Origin: Verrucomicrobiia bacterium
Lineage (GTDB): Bacteria; Verrucomicrobiota; Verrucomicrobiia; JAWXBN01
Reading direction: 5' to 3'
DNA: 64,000 nucleotides
NCBI GenBank assembly: GCA_033764445.1
Contig: JANRIZ010000160.1
Span: 3,084-67,083 of the forward strand
This document shows, in pieces, positions 8,307-17,702 of this stretch. The position numbers and the translations under genes were made by a program. Within the stretch, counting starts at the first letter, position 1, and every line of letters begins with the position of its first letter. The notes under the pieces were generated by a model, which saw only the letters and a list, made by a program, of their open reading frames with translations, was not told the origin of the DNA and did not search any database.

Positions 8307-9349
8307 GGTTTCCGGTTTTTTTCCACACAATCGATGAGAATGCGGGTGGGGATGTTCAGATCCAGTTTTTTGGCCTCCGCCAGGGACAACCACCGGTACT
8401 TCAGACCCTCGTCGTTGAGGGAGACCTCCGTGGAGGTGGCGCGGCAGGTGTAGTTAAGCAGAATAAAGTGGGCCCGTTTGTAAAATTCCGGTGAATGAAT
8501 GCAGTCCTGCACCAGGGTGAAACGGATGTCGGAAATCTCCAGGTTCGTTTCCTCCCGCACCTCCCGGATCAGGGCCTCCACACTCGGCTCATCGGTCTTG
8601 ATTTTGCCGCCGGGGATGCCCCATTTGTTGCCCCACTTGTGGGTGTAAATCATCAGAACCTCGTCGTTTTCATTGAAGATCAGGGCGCCCACGGTGGGAA
8701 TCGGAAAATAATCCGGGAGGGAGGGATGGCTCTGGAGGTAGTGGCGCAGACCCTGGAGATTTTGAAAGAGGAGGTCCGGGTTGACCGACTTGAGTTTCTC
8801 CACCGCATCGTATCCGGTGAGCACCGCGACCCCCGTGATCCCCCCGTGGTGGGCGGTTTCGATGTCATGCATCATGTCCCCGACGAACATCGTTTCCCGG
8901 GGGTTGAGATCGTTTTCGGCCATGATTTCGTGGATTTTGGCCGCCTTGTCGAGAATCTGGACGTAGGGACGTTCGAAGTAGTGGGCGATGTCGAGGCGTT
9001 TGGATTGAACCGCAAAATGTTCCCGATGGATGGTGCTCAGCAGGAAGACCCGCAATTTGTTTTCGCGGCAGAACTCCAGAAAGTCCCGGGCGTGGGGGAG
9101 CATCTGGATGTTTTCCTGCAGACAGTGAAAAGACCGGTGGTAATGGACCTCCAGCTCCACCATCGTGGCCTCGGGCAGATACTTTTCATAGAATTTCGGG
9201 AACGGCAGGAAGAATTTTTCCCGGAATTCATCCGCCGTCATGGTCGGACGGCTGTAATGCCTGAAAATCTCGTTGGTGGCGTCGAGGACCGGGCCGAAGT
9301 CGTCGACGAGAGTGCCGGACCAGTCGAGGATGATGTTGCGGTAGCGCAT
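8303..9349 (-). CDS. HAD-superfamily phosphatase fused to a C-terminal Nudix hydrolase
   Basis: HAD motif I ILDWSGTLVDD and motif IV FVGDMMHDI; Nudix box GGKIKTDEPSVEALIREVREETNL; TGA overlaps the folB ATG. Confidence 0.9.
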   Translation of the reverse strand: MRYRNIILDWSGTLVDDFGPVLDATNEIFRHYSRPTMTADEFREKFFLPFPKFYEKYLPEATMVELEVHYHRSFHCLQENIQMLPHARDFLEFCRENKLRVFLLSTIHREHFAVQSKRLDIAHYFERPYVQILDKAAKIHEIMAENDLNPRETMFVGDMMHDIETAHHGGITGVAVLTGYDAVEKLKSVNPDLLFQNLQGLRHYLQSHPSLPDYFPIPTVGALIFNENDEVLMIYTHKWGNKWGIPGGKIKTDEPSVEALIREVREETNLEISDIRFTLVQDCIHSPEFYKRAHFILLNYTCRATSTEVSLNDEGLKYRWLSLAEAKKLDLNIPTRILIDCVEKNRKP

Positions 9350-9360
9350 GGGTGGGGGAA

Positions 9361-9392
9361 ACTAACCACAGATTTCCTGGATGGCACGGATT
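9361..9392 (+). repeat. Degenerate member of the AACCACxGAT...CACGGAT intergenic repeat family
   Basis: actaaccacagatttcctggatggcacggatt resembles the elements at 54553 and 59072. Confidence 0.45.
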
Positions 9393-9470
9393 ATTTTGGG
9401 ACAACGCGCCCCGGCCTCCGTCCGGGGCATGGGGGGCCGGGCGGCACCTGTTTCGGGGCGTGTCCTGAAA

Positions 9471-10586
9471 TCAATTGTCGATCTGACCCTGGGCCATGCC
9501 CGAGGGCAGTGCGTTGGGGCGCGTGCAGGTGCTTTGCAGTTCGATATGCCTGCCCGTGGCCGAGGCGTCCAGGATCGACTGCATGACGTCGAGCGCATGG
9601 TACCCGAGATCCGCACTCATGCGCGGGGCGCGTTTGTTGTGGAGGGCCGAAACCATGTCCGCCACGCCGATGCCCCGGAACCCCGGCTCGGGGTGGAGGT
9701 GGGGCATTTCCAGCCAGTCCTTCTGGCCCGGACGGAAGACCTTGACGATGCCTCCCGTGCCGTTGGGGTCGGGAACACTCATGGAACCCTCGGAACCGAA
9801 AATCTCGATGTTCGGGAGCGTCCCGTGCCAGACATCGAAGGAGGTCAGCAGGGTGACCACCGCGCCGTTGTGGAAATCCAGGATGCTGGCGATGTGCGTG
9901 GGGGTCTCGACCTGGATCACCTTGCCGTGTTTGGGCTGGCTTGTGATCGTGCGCGTGGGGAAGGAGACCTGGGCCGAGGAGGTGACACGACGGACCGGCC
10001 CCAGCAGATTGATCAGGGCATTGAGATAGTAGGGTCCCATGTCGAAGAGCGGACCGCCCCCGACCTCGTAGTAAAATTCCGGGGCCGGGTGCCAGCTTTC
10101 GTGGCCGTGGCAGATCATGTGGGCCACCCCGCCGATGGGCCGACCGATAAAGCCCTCATCCAGAAGTTTGCGGGCCAGCTGTCCGCCCGGACCCAGATAC
10201 GTGTCCGGGGCGCATCCGACCAGCAGATTCTTTTGTCGGGCCAGCTCCAGCACCGCCCGGCCTTCCTCGCGGTTGACCGCAAAGGGTTTTTCACAATAGG
10301 CGTGTTTTCCCGCATTGAGAATCTGCAGGTTCACCGGGGCGTGGGCCTTGGGGATGGTGAGGTTGATGACAATTTTGATTTCCGGGTCCGCCAGAAGTTC
10401 ATCCACCGAACAGGCCTTGCCCGCGCCGAATTTTTCGATTTGGGCTTTGGCCCGCGAGATGTCCAGATCCGCACAGGCGGCGATTTCCAGACAGGGATAA
10501 AGTTTGCAGCCTTCAAAATAGGCCCAGCTGATGTTGCCGGCGCCGATGATACCGATTTTTGTTTTGGGGATGGGGGAGTGGGACAT
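9471..10586 (-). CDS. Gfo/Idh/MocA family NAD(P)-dependent oxidoreductase
   Basis: IGIIGAGNIS Rossmann motif, GKHAYCEKP, GGGPLFDMGPYY. Confidence 0.92.
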   Translation of the reverse strand: MSHSPIPKTKIGIIGAGNISWAYFEGCKLYPCLEIAACADLDISRAKAQIEKFGAGKACSVDELLADPEIKIVINLTIPKAHAPVNLQILNAGKHAYCEKPFAVNREEGRAVLELARQKNLLVGCAPDTYLGPGGQLARKLLDEGFIGRPIGGVAHMICHGHESWHPAPEFYYEVGGGPLFDMGPYYLNALINLLGPVRRVTSSAQVSFPTRTITSQPKHGKVIQVETPTHIASILDFHNGAVVTLLTSFDVWHGTLPNIEIFGSEGSMSVPDPNGTGGIVKVFRPGQKDWLEMPHLHPEPGFRGIGVADMVSALHNKRAPRMSADLGYHALDVMQSILDASATGRHIELQSTCTRPNALPSGMAQGQIDN

Positions 10587-10751
10587 GGTCCATGCTGATT
10601 AGGCGAAAACAGGCGGGAATCAACATTTTTGTCGCTCCGCCCTTGTCCCCGGGGAATTGTGTGGCAGGTTGGAACCGGGCCCCTTATAAGGAGGGTGAAC
10701 ATTCCATCGAAAGACCCGGGTCTTTCCTGGATCCGTACCGTGAACCCCGCC

Positions 10752-12203
10752 ATGCCATCACCGCTGATCCAAGCCATGTTTTTGATGCTGCTGGGAGTGA
10801 CCGGCATTTTTCTGACGGTCCCGCCCGTGCGCCGTTGGGCCATCAGACGCCGTCTGGTGGACCGGCCCGATTTTCGCCGCAAAAAGCACCGGCGCCCCGT
10901 GCCGAGGGTCGGGGGCGTGGCCATCTTTGCCGTGGTTTTTGTCCAGTTCATCCTGTGGCAATACCTGACCCCCTCCATCCACCTGATCTCCTCCTGGGGC
11001 CTGATCCTGACCAGCTCCATGATCTTTGCGATGGGATTCCGGGATGATCTGAAGGCCATGGGCGCCAAGCGCAAATTGCTCATCCAGGTGGCCGTGGCCG
11101 GACTGGCCTTTTTCATGGGGATCCGGGTGGATGCCCTTTTTGGGTACGATTTGCCCGTCTGGCTGGGCCTGCCCATGACCGTCCTGTGGCTGATCTCCAC
11201 GACCAACATCATCAATCTGATCGATGGCATTGACGGATTGGCGGTGGGCGTCTGTCTGTTTTTGATGCTGACCATTGCGCTGCTCAACAGCACCGTGGGT
11301 TATTACACGATCCTGTGTCTTGGCATCTTCGGGACACTTCTGGGGTTTCTGTATTTCAACTTTCCCCCGGCCAAAATCTTTCTCGGGGATGGCGGGGCGT
11401 ATTTTCTGGGGTACCTGATCGGGTGCATCACCATTCTGAATTCCAACAAGGGGGAGGTCGCCCTGGCCCTGCTGGCCCCGTTTCTGGCCCTCGGACTGCC
11501 CATTTTGGACACGACCTTTGCCATCATCCGTCGCGGACTGCGCGGGGTGCCGCTCTTTTACGGGGATCGCGAGCATATCCATCACAAGCTCGTGGACATG
11601 GGCATTTCCCACCGCAATATCCTGATTCTCCTTTACTCCATTTGCGCCGCCCTGAGCCTTTCCGCGGCGGCCGTATTTTTCACTCAGGGCCGGTTGCTGC
11701 CGCTGGTGGTGGCATTTCTGGCGGTCCTGATCCTCATCGGGGCCAAGGAACTCGGGTATGTCCGCAGTTATTTTGGGCTTCTCACACAGATCAGCAAAAG
11801 TGTCGCCCGCCGCCGTGAAGCCCAGAAGGTGCAGACACTGATGGAAATGTTCCGGACGGACATGGCCGGGATCCGGGATCCGGTCAATCATTGGAAATAC
11901 CTGGAGACCGTCGCCGACCGGCTGGGGTTTGAAAGTTTCCACTTCCGGTCCTCGGATGAAACCCGCCTGGATTCGCATCAGTGGAAGCGACTGGTTCCCC
12001 TGGTCGGGGAGGAGACCGCCGACAAAAAGCCCCTGGAACTCCACAGCTTCATCCTGGTCCTCAAGTTCCATAAAAAAATACTGGGGGATGTGGTGTTTTT
12101 GAAGAAAATCCCGCGCGAGGACATCCCCCATTTCCACCGTCTGTGTGATCTGATGTGCAAGGATCTTGCGGAAACCCTCGACGCATGTCTGACCCGCTCC
12201 TGA
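10752..12203 (+). CDS. Undecaprenyl-phosphate GlcNAc-1-phosphate transferase (WecA/TagO, MraY-like GT4) with a C-terminal soluble extension
   Basis: PRVGGVAIF, GFRDDLK, NIINLIDGIDGLA, NFPPAKIFLGDGG, DREHIHHKL. Confidence 0.9.
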   Translation: MPSPLIQAMFLMLLGVTGIFLTVPPVRRWAIRRRLVDRPDFRRKKHRRPVPRVGGVAIFAVVFVQFILWQYLTPSIHLISSWGLILTSSMIFAMGFRDDLKAMGAKRKLLIQVAVAGLAFFMGIRVDALFGYDLPVWLGLPMTVLWLISTTNIINLIDGIDGLAVGVCLFLMLTIALLNSTVGYYTILCLGIFGTLLGFLYFNFPPAKIFLGDGGAYFLGYLIGCITILNSNKGEVALALLAPFLALGLPILDTTFAIIRRGLRGVPLFYGDREHIHHKLVDMGISHRNILILLYSICAALSLSAAAVFFTQGRLLPLVVAFLAVLILIGAKELGYVRSYFGLLTQISKSVARRREAQKVQTLMEMFRTDMAGIRDPVNHWKYLETVADRLGFESFHFRSSDETRLDSHQWKRLVPLVGEETADKKPLELHSFILVLKFHKKILGDVVFLKKIPREDIPHFHRLCDLMCKDLAETLDACLTRS

Positions 12204-12236
12204 GCCGGATGACGGGGCCGTTCCGCGACCGCAGGC

Positions 12237-13514
12237 CTAACGGGAAAGCGACTGGAAGCCGATGTCGCGGCGGAGGCATTTGCCTTCAAAGGAAATTTTT
12301 TCGGCGGCGGCATAGGCCGTCTGCAGGGCTTGGGGAAGGGAGGGCCCGGTGGCCGAGACACTCAGGACACGTCCGCCGGAATTGACCAGAACCCCCTCCT
12401 TGAGTTTGGTCCCCGCGTGAAACACCTTCACCGCCGCATTTTTCTCCGCCTCGGCGATGCCGGTGATGGGAAGACCCTTTTTGTAGACGCCCGGATACCC
12501 TTCCGAGGCCAGGACAATGGTGGCGGCACACTCGTCCTTCCATTGGATGGACTGGGAGGAGAGGGAGCCCTGGGTGCAGGCCAGGATGATTTCCAGAAGG
12601 TCGGAATCCAGCCTCCGCATCAGCGACTGGGTTTCCGGGTCGCCAAAACGCGCGTTGAACTCAATGACGTACGGGCCTCGGTCCGTCAGCATGATTCCCG
12701 GGAAAAGAACCCCCTTGAAATCGATTTCCTCGGCCACGCACCCGGCCATAAAACGGTCGAAAATCCGTTCCGCAATCAGCTTTTCGGCGGAGGCATCCGC
12801 AAAGGGCACCGGGGAATAGGTTCCCATGCCGCCCGTGTTCGGCCCTGTGTTGTTTTCGCCGATCCGTTTGTGATCCTGGGCCAGCGGCATCATCCGGTAG
12901 TTTTTGCCATCCAGAAACGCATGGGCGGAAACCTCCAGCCCCTCCATGAATTCCTCGATGAGAATTTTTTCACCGGCCCCACCGAAAATCCGCTTGATCA
13001 TCATGTCATCAACGGCCGTCCGCACCTCCGCCGCGTTTTGGGCAATGATCACACCCTTTCCCAGGGCCAGACCGTCGGCCTTGATGACCTGGGGATACGG
13101 GAGCGAGGCTGAAAATCCGAGCGCCTCGTCGGCGTTTGTGAAAGTGGCACAACGGGCCGTGGGGATATCGTGGCGGAGGCAGAAGTCCTTTGCGAAACAT
13201 TTGCTCGCCTCAAACTGCGCCGCCTTCTGGTTCGGTCCGAAAATTTTCAATCCGACGTGCTGGAACATGTCCACGATGCCCTTGGCCAGGGGGTTGTCCG
13301 GTCCCACAATCGTCAGGTCCGGGCGCATGGATTTGGCAAAGGCGAGCAGACTCGGGAGATCCTCGGCGCCAATGTTGGCACATTCCGCAATGGGGGCGAT
13401 TCCGGGATTGCCCGGGGCGCAGATGATTTTGGGTTTGCGGGGGCTTTGGGAGAGTTTCCAGACGAGCGCGTGTTCGCGGGCGCCTCCGCCGATGACAAGG
13501 ACTGTTTCCGACAT
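12237..13514 (-). CDS. purD: Phosphoribosylamine-glycine ligase
   Basis: GGGAREHAL, APGNPG, VIKADGLALGKGV, QDHKR, GPNTGGMG, EFNARFGDPETQ, GGRVL. Confidence 0.98.
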   Translation of the reverse strand: MSETVLVIGGGAREHALVWKLSQSPRKPKIICAPGNPGIAPIAECANIGAEDLPSLLAFAKSMRPDLTIVGPDNPLAKGIVDMFQHVGLKIFGPNQKAAQFEASKCFAKDFCLRHDIPTARCATFTNADEALGFSASLPYPQVIKADGLALGKGVIIAQNAAEVRTAVDDMMIKRIFGGAGEKILIEEFMEGLEVSAHAFLDGKNYRMMPLAQDHKRIGENNTGPNTGGMGTYSPVPFADASAEKLIAERIFDRFMAGCVAEEIDFKGVLFPGIMLTDRGPYVIEFNARFGDPETQSLMRRLDSDLLEIILACTQGSLSSQSIQWKDECAATIVLASEGYPGVYKKGLPITGIAEAEKNAAVKVFHAGTKLKEGVLVNSGGRVLSVSATGPSLPQALQTAYAAAEKISFEGKCLRRDIGFQSLSR

Positions 13515-13692
13515 GGCCGCGTAGTAAACATTTTGAATTCTATCCTGAACAGAAAAAAACAGATTTTTTTTAATAAATCATGCTTTTTTCGGTGGATGGC
13601 GCGGGTCCGTCGATCAGTGGCGGACCCGTGAATTATAAATCATGATAATGGCGAATGAAGAGCAGGATTAATGATCGTGCGGCACCGTGGAA

Positions 13693-14673
13693 TCAGCCCC
13701 CAATGGCGATCATTTTGCGGCCGGGCTGGTAGTTGTCGCGGAAGGCATGCTGCGCCGGTTTGCGGGCGACCACGGCGAGGAATTCGTTTTTCAGAAGTGC
13801 GTCATCCGTCGAATTCCGCAGCAAGGCCCGCAGGTCGTATTCATCGTGGGCGCCGAGGCAGGGCCGCAATTTGCCCTCGCAGGTGAGCCGCATTTTGTTG
13901 CACGAATCACAAAAGTGCAGGTTGGTCATCGCCCCGATGAAGCCCAGGGTCACGCTCTGGGCGGGGTCCGTATAATAGACCGCAGGACCGTTTCCGGTGT
14001 AATCCCCTTTGGGAACAAGCGCAAAATGCCGGGAAATCCGCTGCATGACCTCCCCCACGGAAATGAAGTTTTCCTCGGTGAGCACCTCGCGGGAACTGAC
14101 CGGCATCATTTCGATGAAGCGGAGCGCCAGGCCGCGGGCCCGGGCAAATTCCACCATGGGCATGATTTCATCGTCGTTTTTGCCACGGATCAGAACCATG
14201 TTGAGTTTGATTTTCCGGAAGCCCGCCTCCCGGGCCGCTTCAATTCCCTGCAGAACCTCCGCAAGCAGGGGGCGCCCGGAGATGGCGGCGTACCCCTCCG
14301 GACGAAGCGAATCGAGGCTGATATTGATGTTCTCCAGCCCCGCGTCCCGGAGGTCCCGGGCCATGTTTTTGAGAAGGGTGCCGTTGGTGGTCATTCCCAC
14401 ATCGGCCACACCGGGGGTGGCACACAGGCGGGAGATGAAACGGAGAATGTCCCGGCGCACGAGCGGCTCCCCGCCGGTGACCCGGTACTTGGTGATGCCC
14501 AGGCCCACCCCCACGCGGACCACCCGCAGGATCTCCTCATAGGAAAGAATGTCGGAACGCGGCAGCCATTGCTGCTGCTCGTCGGGCATGCAATACAGGC
14601 AGCGTTCGTTGCACCGGTCGGTGACCGAAATGCGCAGGTAGGTGACCGTATGGTGGTGGGCGTCGGTGAGCAT
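13693..14673 (-). CDS. moaA: GTP 3',8-cyclase (molybdenum cofactor biosynthesis, radical SAM)
   Basis: YLRISVTDRCNERCLYC, TGGEP, FCDSCNKMRLT..LRPCL, C-terminal MIAIGG. Confidence 0.97.
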   Translation of the reverse strand: MLTDAHHHTVTYLRISVTDRCNERCLYCMPDEQQQWLPRSDILSYEEILRVVRVGVGLGITKYRVTGGEPLVRRDILRFISRLCATPGVADVGMTTNGTLLKNMARDLRDAGLENINISLDSLRPEGYAAISGRPLLAEVLQGIEAAREAGFRKIKLNMVLIRGKNDDEIMPMVEFARARGLALRFIEMMPVSSREVLTEENFISVGEVMQRISRHFALVPKGDYTGNGPAVYYTDPAQSVTLGFIGAMTNLHFCDSCNKMRLTCEGKLRPCLGAHDEYDLRALLRNSTDDALLKNEFLAVVARKPAQHAFRDNYQPGRKMIAIGG

Positions 14674-14811
14674 CGGTTGCCGACAACTAACATCAAAATG
14701 CCGCCGGGTCCAATCTCCAAATGGACGGCGGACGACTTTTTGCTGGATTCACCGAGTTGACCCCCTAATGTGTGGGCCTGTGATCCGCGCCCAACGGAAC
14801 CGAGGAAATCC

Positions 14812-15225
14812 ATGCCTGAAGAGACCCCCCAAGACCTGACCCCCGCCCCCGGGACCCGACCCGACCCGAGGGGTGGCAGCGGCCCAACCCCCCTTCACCC
14901 GGAACCCGGGACCGTGGACTGGAAAGCGGTGGCGCAGATGCCCGAGTTCCAGGCACTGGTCCGAGCCAAATTCCGGTTTATCGTCCCGGCGACCCTGTTT
15001 TTCATCCTCTACTATTTTGCCCTGCCCGTGCTGGTGGGCTATTTCCCGGAGCTGATGAGCCGCCCGGTTCTCGGACCTGTCAACGGGGCGTACCTCTTTG
15101 CGTTGTCCCAGTTTTTCATGGCCTGGATTCTGGCCGCCCTGTACGTGAAGGTTTCCGGAAAGTTTGACCGCCAGGCACGCGAAATCCGTCAGAAAGTCCT
15201 CGGCGCAAAAGGAGAACACCGATGA
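14812..15225 (+). CDS. DUF485 small membrane protein (ActP partner)
   Basis: PEFQALVRAKFRF, two TM helices, FD..A; overlaps the actP start. Confidence 0.88.
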   Translation: MPEETPQDLTPAPGTRPDPRGGSGPTPLHPEPGTVDWKAVAQMPEFQALVRAKFRFIVPATLFFILYYFALPVLVGYFPELMSRPVLGPVNGAYLFALSQFFMAWILAALYVKVSGKFDRQAREIRQKVLGAKGEHR

Positions 15226-16775
15226 CCATTTCACTGATCATGTTTCTGGTTTTTGTGGCGGTGACCCTGGGCATCACCTACTGGTCGGCGGGCCGTTCGC
15301 AGGGGTCGGCGGCGTTTTTCACGGCCAACCGGTCGATCACCGGCTGGCAGAACGGCCTGGCGGTGGCCGGGGACTACATGAGTGCCGCCTCCTTCCTGGG
15401 AATCGCCGGGATGATCGCCTTTTACGGGTACGACGGGTTCATGTATTCCGTCGGATTTCTCGTGGCATACCTGACCGTTCTCCTGCTGGTGGCCGAGCCC
15501 CTGCGCAACGCGGGGAAATACACCATGGCCGATGTGCTGGCGTACCGGCTGGAGCCCCGTCCCGTGAGGGCCATGGCCGCGCTGAGCACCCTGACCGTGA
15601 GCACCTTTTACATGATCGCCCAGATGGTGGGGGCCGGGGCCCTGGTGTCACTTCTTTTGCCCGGGGTTCCGTTTTATGTGGCGGTCATCGGGGTGGGGGC
15701 GATCATGATTGTGTACGTGGTTTTTGGCGGGATGCTCGCCACCACGTGGGTGCAGATCATCAAGGCCGTGCTGCTGATGAGCGGCACCTTTTTGCTGAGT
15801 GTGTTTGTCCTGGCCCATTTCGGTTTTGATCTCGGCCGGTTTTTCCGGGCGGTCACCCACGTCTCCTCCCACAACCACGGGGTGGAGGTGGTCCGGAACT
15901 TTTTGCAGCCGGGCCTGAAGTACGGGCCGCCCTACGGGGCGCTGGATTTGATCTCCCTGGGGGTGGCGCTGCTTTTGGGGACGGCGGGGTTGCCGCATAT
16001 CCTGGTGCGGTTTTACACCGTGCCCGATGCGCGGACCGCCCGGGTCAGTGTGGTGTGGGCGATGGTCATCATCGGTCTGTTTTACATCATGACCACCTTT
16101 CTGGGCTACGGGGCGGCGACCATTGTCGGTCAGGACTACATCAAGGTCCACGGCGGGACAAACATGAGTGCCCCGCTGCTGGCCCAGGTCCTGGGGGGTG
16201 AAATCTTTTTTGCGTTCATCTCGGCTGTGGCCTTTGCGACCATTCTGGCCGTGGTGGCGGGGTTGACGATCAGCGCCTCGACCTCGTTTGCGCATGATTT
16301 TTACACCAATGTGATCCATCACGGACGCGAGACGAATCCCGGGGAGGAAGTGCGCGTGGCCCGGATCACCGCCTTTGTGGTGGGGGCGGTGTCCATGGGC
16401 ATTGCCATTTACCTGGGGCAGGGGGTCAACGTGGCGTTTCTGGTGGGGCTGGCCTTTGCCGTGGCCGCCTCGGCGAACCTGCCGGCGATTCTCTTTTCAA
16501 TCTACTGGCGGCGCTTCAACACGAGCGGCGCCCTGTGGGGAATGGGGGCGGGACTGGTCAGTTCAATTGTCCTGGTCTGCCTCAGCCCGAGTGTGATGGG
16601 GGCCAAAGCCCTTTTCCCGCTTGAGAATCCCGCGCTGGTGAGTGTGCCGATCGGGTTTCTGGCCTCGTGGATCGGGACCCTGCTGGGCAAACCACACGGG
16701 CGGAAGGATCAGTTTGATGAGATGCATGTGCGGGCCCACACCGGGCTGGGGGCCGAGAAGGCCGGAGGCCATTAG
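15222..16775 (+). CDS. actP: Cation/acetate symporter (SSS family)
   Basis: QNGLAVAGDYMSAASFLG, AEPLRNAGKYT, GTAGLPHILVRFYTVPDA, AFATILAVVAGL, AASAN. Confidence 0.93.
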   Translation: MTISLIMFLVFVAVTLGITYWSAGRSQGSAAFFTANRSITGWQNGLAVAGDYMSAASFLGIAGMIAFYGYDGFMYSVGFLVAYLTVLLLVAEPLRNAGKYTMADVLAYRLEPRPVRAMAALSTLTVSTFYMIAQMVGAGALVSLLLPGVPFYVAVIGVGAIMIVYVVFGGMLATTWVQIIKAVLLMSGTFLLSVFVLAHFGFDLGRFFRAVTHVSSHNHGVEVVRNFLQPGLKYGPPYGALDLISLGVALLLGTAGLPHILVRFYTVPDARTARVSVVWAMVIIGLFYIMTTFLGYGAATIVGQDYIKVHGGTNMSAPLLAQVLGGEIFFAFISAVAFATILAVVAGLTISASTSFAHDFYTNVIHHGRETNPGEEVRVARITAFVVGAVSMGIAIYLGQGVNVAFLVGLAFAVAASANLPAILFSIYWRRFNTSGALWGMGAGLVSSIVLVCLSPSVMGAKALFPLENPALVSVPIGFLASWIGTLLGKPHGRKDQFDEMHVRAHTGLGAEKAGGH

Positions 16776-16802
16776 GGCACGTGGCGAAACAGAAGATTCT
16801 TC

Positions 16803-16832
16803 TTGTCAGAATCCCAGAATCCCATATACCAT
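16803..16832 (+). promoter_or_regulatory. Putative sigma70 promoter of tRNA-Gly
   Basis: TTGTCA (16803) - 18 nt - TACCAT (16827), 12 nt before the tRNA. Confidence 0.5.
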
Positions 16833-16844
16833 CCTCCCTTACAC

Positions 16845-16920
<76 letters not shown>

Positions 16921-16930
16921 TTTTTTTATG

Positions 16931-16963
16931 GAGCCCTTTCCCCCGGAAGGGCTCTTTTTTTTT
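16931..16963 (+). terminator. Intrinsic terminator after tRNA-Gly
   Basis: GAGCCCTT...AAGGGCTC stem followed by a long T run. Confidence 0.85.
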
Positions 16964-17115
16964 GATCATTTTTCGATCATAATTCTCCGTGACAATGCAG
17001 GAAATGTGCGTCAGATTGATGTCAGTAAATCTTCTATGACGGTTGAGAGTGCATATTCGGTCGGTCGGGTTTCCGGGGGTGACGTTTTTTTCAAAAATCA
17101 ACAAAAGGATACGCC

Positions 17116-17697
17116 ATGCAGAAGGACCATGCGTTTGTCATCAATGTGACCGGACGGCACGTCAGTGTCACCCCGGCGCTCAAGGAATACGCGCGCAAAA
17201 AAATCGAGCATCTTTCGCCCGACTATCCCCGCATCATCAGTGCCCATGTGGTTCTCTCCGTTGAAAAGCACCGTCAGCGTGCGGAAATCACCCTGTACTG
17301 CAACAACCACATTGTCATCGAGGCCCACAACACCAGTGACGACCTGTACGCGTCCATTGATATCGCCATCGACAAGGTTTTGCAGCAGATGCGCAAACAC
17401 AAGACCAAGCTCAAAAAACATCATCGTCCGCGCAAGTTTCTCCCCACCGAAATCGAGGTGCCCGTGTATGCCGCCGATCATCTGGAGGATGAGGCCAGCG
17501 AGGAAATCAAGGCCCGGCAGGTGCATGCGGAAAAGATGGTCATCCGTCCGATGTTCCTTGATGAGGCCATCCTGGAGCTGTCGATCAACCAGGAGCGGAG
17601 TTTCCTTGTCTTTTTCAACACGGAAACCGAGATCATCAACATCATGTACCGCCGTGCCGATGGGGACTATTCGGTCATTGTCCCGACCAAGGCCTGA
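17116..17697 (+). CDS. hpf: Ribosome hibernation promoting factor (long HPF/RaiA)
   Basis: INVTGRHVSVTPALKEY, AEITL, DLYASIDIAIDKV..QMRKHKTK, C-terminal PM..DEAILEL...FLVF.N...IN.MYRR.DG.Y. Confidence 0.92.
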   Translation: MQKDHAFVINVTGRHVSVTPALKEYARKKIEHLSPDYPRIISAHVVLSVEKHRQRAEITLYCNNHIVIEAHNTSDDLYASIDIAIDKVLQQMRKHKTKLKKHHRPRKFLPTEIEVPVYAADHLEDEASEEIKARQVHAEKMVIRPMFLDEAILELSINQERSFLVFFNTETEIINIMYRRADGDYSVIVPTKA

Positions 17698-17702
17698 ACC
17701 GC

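Noticed and set aside
13515-13692. AT-rich purD upstream region with ATAAATCATG direct repeats (13573, 13635) around a CGGGTCCG/CGGACCCG hairpin; considered ZMP riboswitch or MITE with target duplication
   Set aside because: No ZMP/ZTP consensus is visible, there is only one copy, and the terminal repeats do not reach the duplicated 10-mers. More likely a moaA 3' hairpin plus promoter DNA.
14674-14811. Possible Moco riboswitch upstream of moaA
   Set aside because: I could not identify the conserved Moco/Tuco RNA elements by eye. The region is a short divergent promoter. An Infernal/Rfam scan would settle it.
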